Source: a virus
DNA length: 64,000 nucleotides
Virus record (IMG/VR): IMGVR_UViG_3300032295_000534
Coordinates: 148-64,147 of that record
Strand: one strand, 5' to 3'
Positions 59,501-64,000 of this stretch are shown one piece after another. How positions within the stretch are numbered: position 1 is the stretch's first letter; the number at the start of each line of letters is the position of its first letter. The position numbers and the translations under genes were made by a program. Under the pieces are notes generated by a model. It searched no databases and was not told the origin of the DNA. It was given only the letters and a program-made list of their open reading frames with translations.

Positions 59501-62500
59501 AGCCGCAGACTGTTTGTTGTTTCCATAGGAAGCACGAACATCCGCAATGGCTTGTGTCTTGGCTTTATCCAGTTCCTGTGCAGAGTAATCTGAAAGATCA
59601 CGTTCCAGTGCTTTGTTTTCAGCAGATGTTTCTGCGTACTCACCAGCAAACTCAGGATTGGTCGTCAAGAAGATAGCGCCAGCCTGCCTTGGTTTAAACG
59701 CAGTAATGTCCCGAGCAGTGCCGTGGTACATGACCATTGGCGTGCCGTCGTCATTGACGATCTTGCTAAGACCAAAGAACTGTTTAAACGCAGGTGTATC
59801 CGGCGCTTTACGTAGGCTGTATTTAGCTTGAGTTGGAACACTGCCACGCTGTTGCTCAGGTGTCAGCACTTCCTTTAGCTCTGTAACGGGCGCATCAACT
59901 TTAGCGTCACCAGTCATCACAAACTCAAGAGGTGGCAAAGCCGCCTTCTGATCTGCAAAGCCTCGCTCAATAAGGCTCAAGCCTTTTGCTTCTGGACGGA
60001 AGTTCTGCCATGCATTCTGAGCACGGGTTTCTGCTGTCAATGCCCAACGCGCAAACGGATCTTGCGTCATAGCCATGTGGTTGCGCCAAGCGGCTGCTTC
60101 ACCATTTGGGCCAAACTGCGTTTCAGTCAGGTTGTGGGCAAAGTAGTCATGAACTGCACGGAGCAGATCGTTGTACAACATTGGCCTACCGTTTACATCT
60201 TTAAGGCCGGAATCTTTGAGCAGCGGGTGGTTCTTGAAGTTAGAACCGGGCGGCCCAAATGTCTCAGGAGATGTGGCGTAAACCTTGAATCTGTTGTTTA
60301 CACTCACATCACGACGGACTTCATCGCTGTTGGCGTAAGGCTCGTCAATGGTATCCATCAACTCAACCTTGATGGGCATGACTTGATATTGCTCTTTGAG
60401 AGAATTTGCCAACGCAGTGTAGGCTCGTTTGACCAAAGGATTCTTCAGGTCGTTGATTGGCATGGCATCAAATGCCCTTGACAATTTCTCCTGTTCTTTA
60501 ACCTGCTTGGCGTTAAGTGGCTTCTGTTTAAACGTTGTAACAGGAGCTTTTGTTAAGTACTCAGCAATCAGTTTGGGAGTTACTGTGTCACTCGCTTGCT
60601 TGGTAAGAATGTCGCTTTCAGGGTAGGCGACTTTGCTGTACGGGATTCTTGCTCCATCCCCTTCTCCGTAGACGTAGAGGCGTTCAATAGTGCGTCCGAC
60701 TCGGCTAGAGCTGTCTCCCACCAACTCGTGGACTCGCTTGACTCGCTCTGCGAAGGATTTGTAGTTTGCTTGTTCATCGCCTTCTGTCCTTACAAAGTAT
60801 GTTGTCAGTTTGTTGTCGGTAATTGTAAAACCTTGCAAGCCAGACTCATCAATTACCCGTGAAATTTGGCTGTTGTTTAGTTGTTTCTTGAGGCCAATTT
60901 CATACACTGCGGTAGCGTATGAGCCATCACCAAAGTCATGGCCAAACTTCTGCGCAGTCTCTTGACGCACATGGATCTGTTGTTGGTTATAGCTATCAGC
61001 AAACTTAGCCAAAGCCGCCATCACATCGTTCATTTCTCTTTCAGAGAATGCAACGCCAACGGAGATAGATGGCTCACGGTCAGACAGATAAACGCCCTTG
61101 GCGTACTCAATGTTGACCTTAGCGCCAGTACCGCTTAACAAGAATTTCAAGGAGCTTTCTGCGACTTGTTGCAGTACGGTATAAGCCTCTTTATCACGCC
61201 CCATGGCACGTTGATACAACTCACGCAGGCCGGGGATGGAGTTGGTAACCGCAGAGAGGTTGAATGTCAGCTTCTCACGGATGTCTTTGGCTTCACGCAG
61301 GCGCACACCACCTTCAGGTGTAAACGCTTTGTCGTAGCTTGAACCACCATTTGATACAAAGTCTCCAGTGCCAGATCCAACCCAATCAGGGTTGTCAATG
61401 CCACCAGCAATCTTCATTACCTTTTCACGGGTATCCTCAAATGATTGCTCACCAGTCTTGTATTTAGTCCACTCTGCACGAATCTTAGGCTTGATAGTGC
61501 TCTTGATGTTCTCGCCAAACAAACCACGCACAGCTTCCCATGTGATGGATTGCATCTCACGGGCACGAACTTTCTTTTGCTGAGCGGCTTCACGATAGGC
61601 ATCTGCAATGATGCCGTATGTGCCACCAACACCAAGGTTGATGTTCTTACCTGTACCACCAAAGTTGTGAACAACCTCTTGGTCTGTACCAGCCAACGCC
61701 TCAAACAAGCCTGCGGCAACTGCGTGAGTGTCAATGGTTACGTGGCCGATATCGCTGTTAGGCGCGGCAATGTTGTTGTAGAAGGAGCGGATCTTGTGCT
61801 CTTCGCCCAACTGTTCGCTAATGTTCTTTCGGCTTCCATCACGGAAGATGCTGACAGTCTTCTTGATTGGGTCGTATGTAGACCACATCATGATGGCAGG
61901 TTCGCCATCATTCTTACGAACAAAGTCGCCAAAACCACCCTCTGGGGTAACGATTCTGTATTGACGGGAGTTGTAAGCCTCGTCATAAGCACGTATAAAC
62001 GCAGCCGCATCATCTTGCGTCATGTCGTTTAAAGTTGTGCCTGCACGAGATACGTTTTTGATCTTGTCAAAAGCAGCCTGACGTTTCTCACGTTCCTTAC
62101 GGCTTGTGGCTTCCTTAACATAGCTCTCAGCGTACTTGAGCATGTTTGCATCCCATGCCTTGTTGCTTTGCTCAGTCAAGATGTCCAACGCACGCTCAGC
62201 CATGGACACGTTCTGGAACCAGTCTTTCTGTGGAGACATGGCGGCCATAATGCCAGCCACTTGTTCCATGGAAACTTTATATTCCTTGCTCATGTCGGTG
62301 GCAATACGGTTTGCACCGTCATACCAAAGCTTACTGCGCTCACGGATATCAGGAGGAACTTTGTTGTAGAGATACAGTAAGTTGTTAATGATGTTGCGTT
62401 TAAACACATTAATTACATCATTGGGCGGTGTATTGTTTGGCACAAATCCGTAGCCTTTAATGGCTTGGATGGTGCGTTTATACATGTCGGGATTAGCCTT

Positions 62501-64000
62501 CATGGCCTCACGTACAGCCGCCTCATCAATTGACAACATGTCTGTGATGGGGTCGTTGGTGCGTTTAACGCCCTGTGGATTACGTGTGGATATCTCTGTT
62601 TCGCCTTCAACTGCGGCACGGATAAGAGACTTTTTGGACTCAACTTCTTTAACAGGCTCTTCAGTAGCAACTTCTTTAGTTGTTGTTGTTTTTTCGGCAG
62701 GAGCCTTGAGTTCACCTTTCTCAACCTTGCCAAACACATCTTCATAGGTTTGGAATCCGTTGCCAGTCAGAGCGTTTCTCAAAGAAGCAAAGAAGTTGCG
62801 CATTTTGTTCAAGAGCGCAGTCAACATTCCGGGAGGTGCTTTGTTGGCATCAAAGTCAGCAAAAGCATCAGCAATTGCTTCTTCTAATAAAGAAGCGTTG
62901 CTAAGCGGCTTTAGGATGTACTCGCCTTTTTCGTTCTTTACACCATTTGCATAAGCGTCGTAGCGGGACATTGTTTGTCCAGCCACATTAACGTTGACAT
63001 TCTTGAGGTACTTCTGTACCCACTCACGTTCAGCCTGACGCTCTAATGCAGACCATTGTTGGGGTGTAAAGAAGCCAAGTTCTTTCAAGGCGTGAATAGC
63101 TTCATGGCGCAGGGTGGTAATAGGTTCTTCTGCGCTCAATGCAATTTGGATTAGCTTGGCTTGGTAAGAACCATCAGCGCCACCCTCAATCGCGTCAACA
63201 ATCTTAAGGCCAACATCCTTCAAGCCAAACTTAGTGAGCAGGGCTGGAAGCTCCACTTTAAGCTTGTCTAGCTTGGCTTGTTGCTCAGGTGTTGCCGCTG
63301 TCGCAGGAGCGCCAGCTGCTGGTAAGGTTGCCCTGCGTTGGATTTCTGCGTTTACACGCTGCTGCAATGCGGGCGAAGGGCGCTTTGCCAGATCCTGAAG
63401 GTCTACGTCGGATAGATCTTGGAAGATAGCCTGTTCAGCTTCAGCACGGTCTTGTGCAACAGTCCGAATCTCATCGCCTTTACGAACCACGTAGGACTTA
63501 GGCTTGACCTTCTTAACGCCCGTAGGAACAACCTCAAGAGGTGTGCTGTAGGACTCCTTCTTTGCCACCAATTCAGCAATGGTGGGCATGGAGGCGTCCA
63601 TCAGGTCTTGATGTGCTTTCTCTGCGGCTTTGTATTCAGGTGTGCCAAACTTACCTTCAATGGTCAGCTTGTTAAGTTCGTCTTCTGACTTGGCGGTCTT
63701 CTCGTCAATTGCTTTTAGTTCAGCTTCAACTCGCTTTAACTCAGCGCTGGTTGTACGCTCAAGCTTAGAAACAAGATCGGAGGCAGACTTCTGATCAGGC
63801 GCAGAGAACAACTTCTCATCACCACGCATAATTTCATAGGCATCAGCAACTTCTTGCTCAGGGCCAACTTCTTCAGAAATGCCGTATCCAGTAGGCATGG
63901 TGCGTGAGGGAACACTAACTTTTTGGTTCTCAGTGACGATGCGACCACTGCGGTTAGCATCATTGAGCAGAGCGTTAACAGCAGAACCTTTGAGTCCTGT
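56555..64000 (-). CDS. C-terminal part of giant polyvalent virion protein (zincin, glycosylase-like, ADP-ribosyltransferase, LPD38-like)
   Basis: Frame open to 64000. HEAIH near 63100; WY...SPQ...KIRSFYNNI...VTIDTH at 62330-61535; HDYFAH near 60140; YHGT...QIKSATGN at 59730-59160; RIPIPFEVG near 57330. Confidence 0.85.
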   Translation of the reverse strand, partial: TGLKGSAVNALLNDANRSGRIVTENQKVSVPSRTMPTGYGISEEVGPEQEVADAYEIMRGDEKLFSAPDQKSASDLVSKLERTTSAELKRVEAELKAIDEKTAKSEDELNKLTIEGKFGTPEYKAAEKAHQDLMDASMPTIAELVAKKESYSTPLEVVPTGVKKVKPKSYVVRKGDEIRTVAQDRAEAEQAIFQDLSDVDLQDLAKRPSPALQQRVNAEIQRRATLPAAGAPATAATPEQQAKLDKLKVELPALLTKFGLKDVGLKIVDAIEGGADGSYQAKLIQIALSAEEPITTLRHEAIHALKELGFFTPQQWSALERQAEREWVQKYLKNVNVNVAGQTMSRYDAYANGVKNEKGEYILKPLSNASLLEEAIADAFADFDANKAPPGMLTALLNKMRNFFASLRNALTGNGFQTYEDVFGKVEKGELKAPAEKTTTTKEVATEEPVKEVESKKSLIRAAVEGETEISTRNPQGVKRTNDPITDMLSIDEAAVREAMKANPDMYKRTIQAIKGYGFVPNNTPPNDVINVFKRNIINNLLYLYNKVPPDIRERSKLWYDGANRIATDMSKEYKVSMEQVAGIMAAMSPQKDWFQNVSMAERALDILTEQSNKAWDANMLKYAESYVKEATSRKEREKRQAAFDKIKNVSRAGTTLNDMTQDDAAAFIRAYDEAYNSRQYRIVTPEGGFGDFVRKNDGEPAIMMWSTYDPIKKTVSIFRDGSRKNISEQLGEEHKIRSFYNNIAAPNSDIGHVTIDTHAVAAGLFEALAGTDQEVVHNFGGTGKNINLGVGGTYGIIADAYREAAQQKKVRAREMQSITWEAVRGLFGENIKSTIKPKIRAEWTKYKTGEQSFEDTREKVMKIAGGIDNPDWVGSGTGDFVSNGGSSYDKAFTPEGGVRLREAKDIREKLTFNLSAVTNSIPGLRELYQRAMGRDKEAYTVLQQVAESSLKFLLSGTGAKVNIEYAKGVYLSDREPSISVGVAFSEREMNDVMAALAKFADSYNQQQIHVRQETAQKFGHDFGDGSYATAVYEIGLKKQLNNSQISRVIDESGLQGFTITDNKLTTYFVRTEGDEQANYKSFAERVKRVHELVGDSSSRVGRTIERLYVYGEGDGARIPYSKVAYPESDILTKQASDTVTPKLIAEYLTKAPVTTFKQKPLNAKQVKEQEKLSRAFDAMPINDLKNPLVKRAYTALANSLKEQYQVMPIKVELMDTIDEPYANSDEVRRDVSVNNRFKVYATSPETFGPPGSNFKNHPLLKDSGLKDVNGRPMLYNDLLRAVHDYFAHNLTETQFGPNGEAAAWRNHMAMTQDPFARWALTAETRAQNAWQNFRPEAKGLSLIERGFADQKAALPPLEFVMTGDAKVDAPVTELKEVLTPEQQRGSVPTQAKYSLRKAPDTPAFKQFFGLSKIVNDDGTPMVMYHGTARDITAFKPRQAGAIFLTTNPEFAGEYAETSAENKALERDLSDYSAQELDKAKTQAIADVRASYGNNKQSAALIKEIRSPNQQGEALDFLKLAADKLFPEAGQNIMPVYVRAERPFDYENPDHIAALGLSNIDREDLANNVARLESDRVQDAIRAAGFDGFYIKQGNQKNLAVYSPVQIKSATGNIGTFDRTSPDVRLSLRSVKDEVDSLPNGAAINSSINRITTVREEQGFFERIINAFKPQSVDALRQQWLNRYNQLGVYDKELAKKMGGAALLADASAESAALMSDNAAAIAAMACGIEGQGGIPVFDNGFTTISNAKGEKGVLEILMPLAKIGDPRIYQTYQFWAGSKRGKRLLDTGKDHTYTAAEIAYAAELEKKYPEFKQVQKDWIEYNNGLMNYAVATGVLAKERAAEFMRYSDYIPFYRQFDGQDTVGPKLFQNISGVTPPKKLKGIKEEQEAPLADFLETVVRNTQSIIQAGMKNTAAQRAVGVAVQLGEAKKRNDVSYAPGVVTVLEKGKPVSYDVADQLFIDAVKSLNLPELPFLSIFSAPANLLRNMVTKDPGFMMANLMRDSLSAWVTSGAKMTPIASTISNFGKAIGGKDPAYLALRKAGVIGGYEFAQDIQTSGSVLGAALRRESGTERGAEKALKPFTSLWRGLEKGTEASDAATRMAVYKATLERTGNEAEAIFRAMEVLNFNRKGNLAIVRILTAAVPFLNARMQGLDVFYRAAFGKMASEDAAAIQKSFFIRGATLMALSAMYWFLTHDEEEYLKQEQETRDNNWLFPSVGIRIPIPFEVGVLFKTIPERLLEYSFGNDTGKDLADSMKRNLVSTFGINPIPQTFLPIVEARTNYSFFTMRPIVGQGMEGVTKEFQVSPGTSELAKKMGKILGESPIMIDHIMQGYTGSMGMYAVDLIDAILLGNDESPKVAKRFEQMPVIKRFAVDKEAKGTVTAYYELKNSVDEVVRTVNLMERTGNAEDLGAYMEKNAQLFGMRGYISSVEKQMKVMREAAIQIRSSDMSSEEKRDSLLAITEAQNAMTSSIRELKKTISQ

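Larger units (their letters stand above)
46..62405. repeat. Dispersed palindrome GTTTAAAC, at least 49 exact copies
   Basis: Manual count; start positions listed in findings. Confidence 0.95.

Noticed and set aside
46-62405. GTTTAAAC as cloning/adapter (PmeI) artefact or CRISPR repeat remnant
   Set aside because: Copies sit in frame within intact genes, flanks differ and spacing is irregular; no repeat-spacer periodicity or cas operon
741-63963. Numerous antisense or alternate-frame ORFs in the track (e.g. 6706-7143, 19421-20137, 58679-59332)
   Set aside because: Shadows of well-supported genes on the other strand or frame, without RBS or motifs

Overview
The window is almost certainly a near-complete, circularly permuted genome of a lytic, podovirus-like tailed dsDNA phage. 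One giant minus-strand virion gene runs off both ends in an open frame (1614->1 and 64000->56555). Layout: minus-strand late block (TerS, LexA-like HTH, TerL, portal, GroES, scaffold, major capsid, small basic paralogues, neck/nozzle, tail fibre with S74 chaperone, GH108 endolysin and holin, ejection proteins); an intergenic control region with a dense DnaA-box cluster (37.1-37.2 kb); a plus-strand early block (SprT-like, MoxR AAA, split CobT/VWA); a minus-strand primase-helicase block; and a plus-strand recombination and small-ORF block. I found no DNA polymerase, integrase, DNA methyltransferase, tRNA or CRISPR. The most striking unexplained signal is the palindrome GTTTAAAC: at least 49 exact copies by manual count versus about 1-2 expected. 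The copies lie inside codons, over stop codons, between RBS and ATG, and within promoters, like a HIP1-type iterated palindrome. Other leads are a candidate anti-Shine-Dalgarno sRNA, two structured leader RNAs, and peptide motifs shared across virion proteins. Protein family calls are from motif recognition only; no searches were run.
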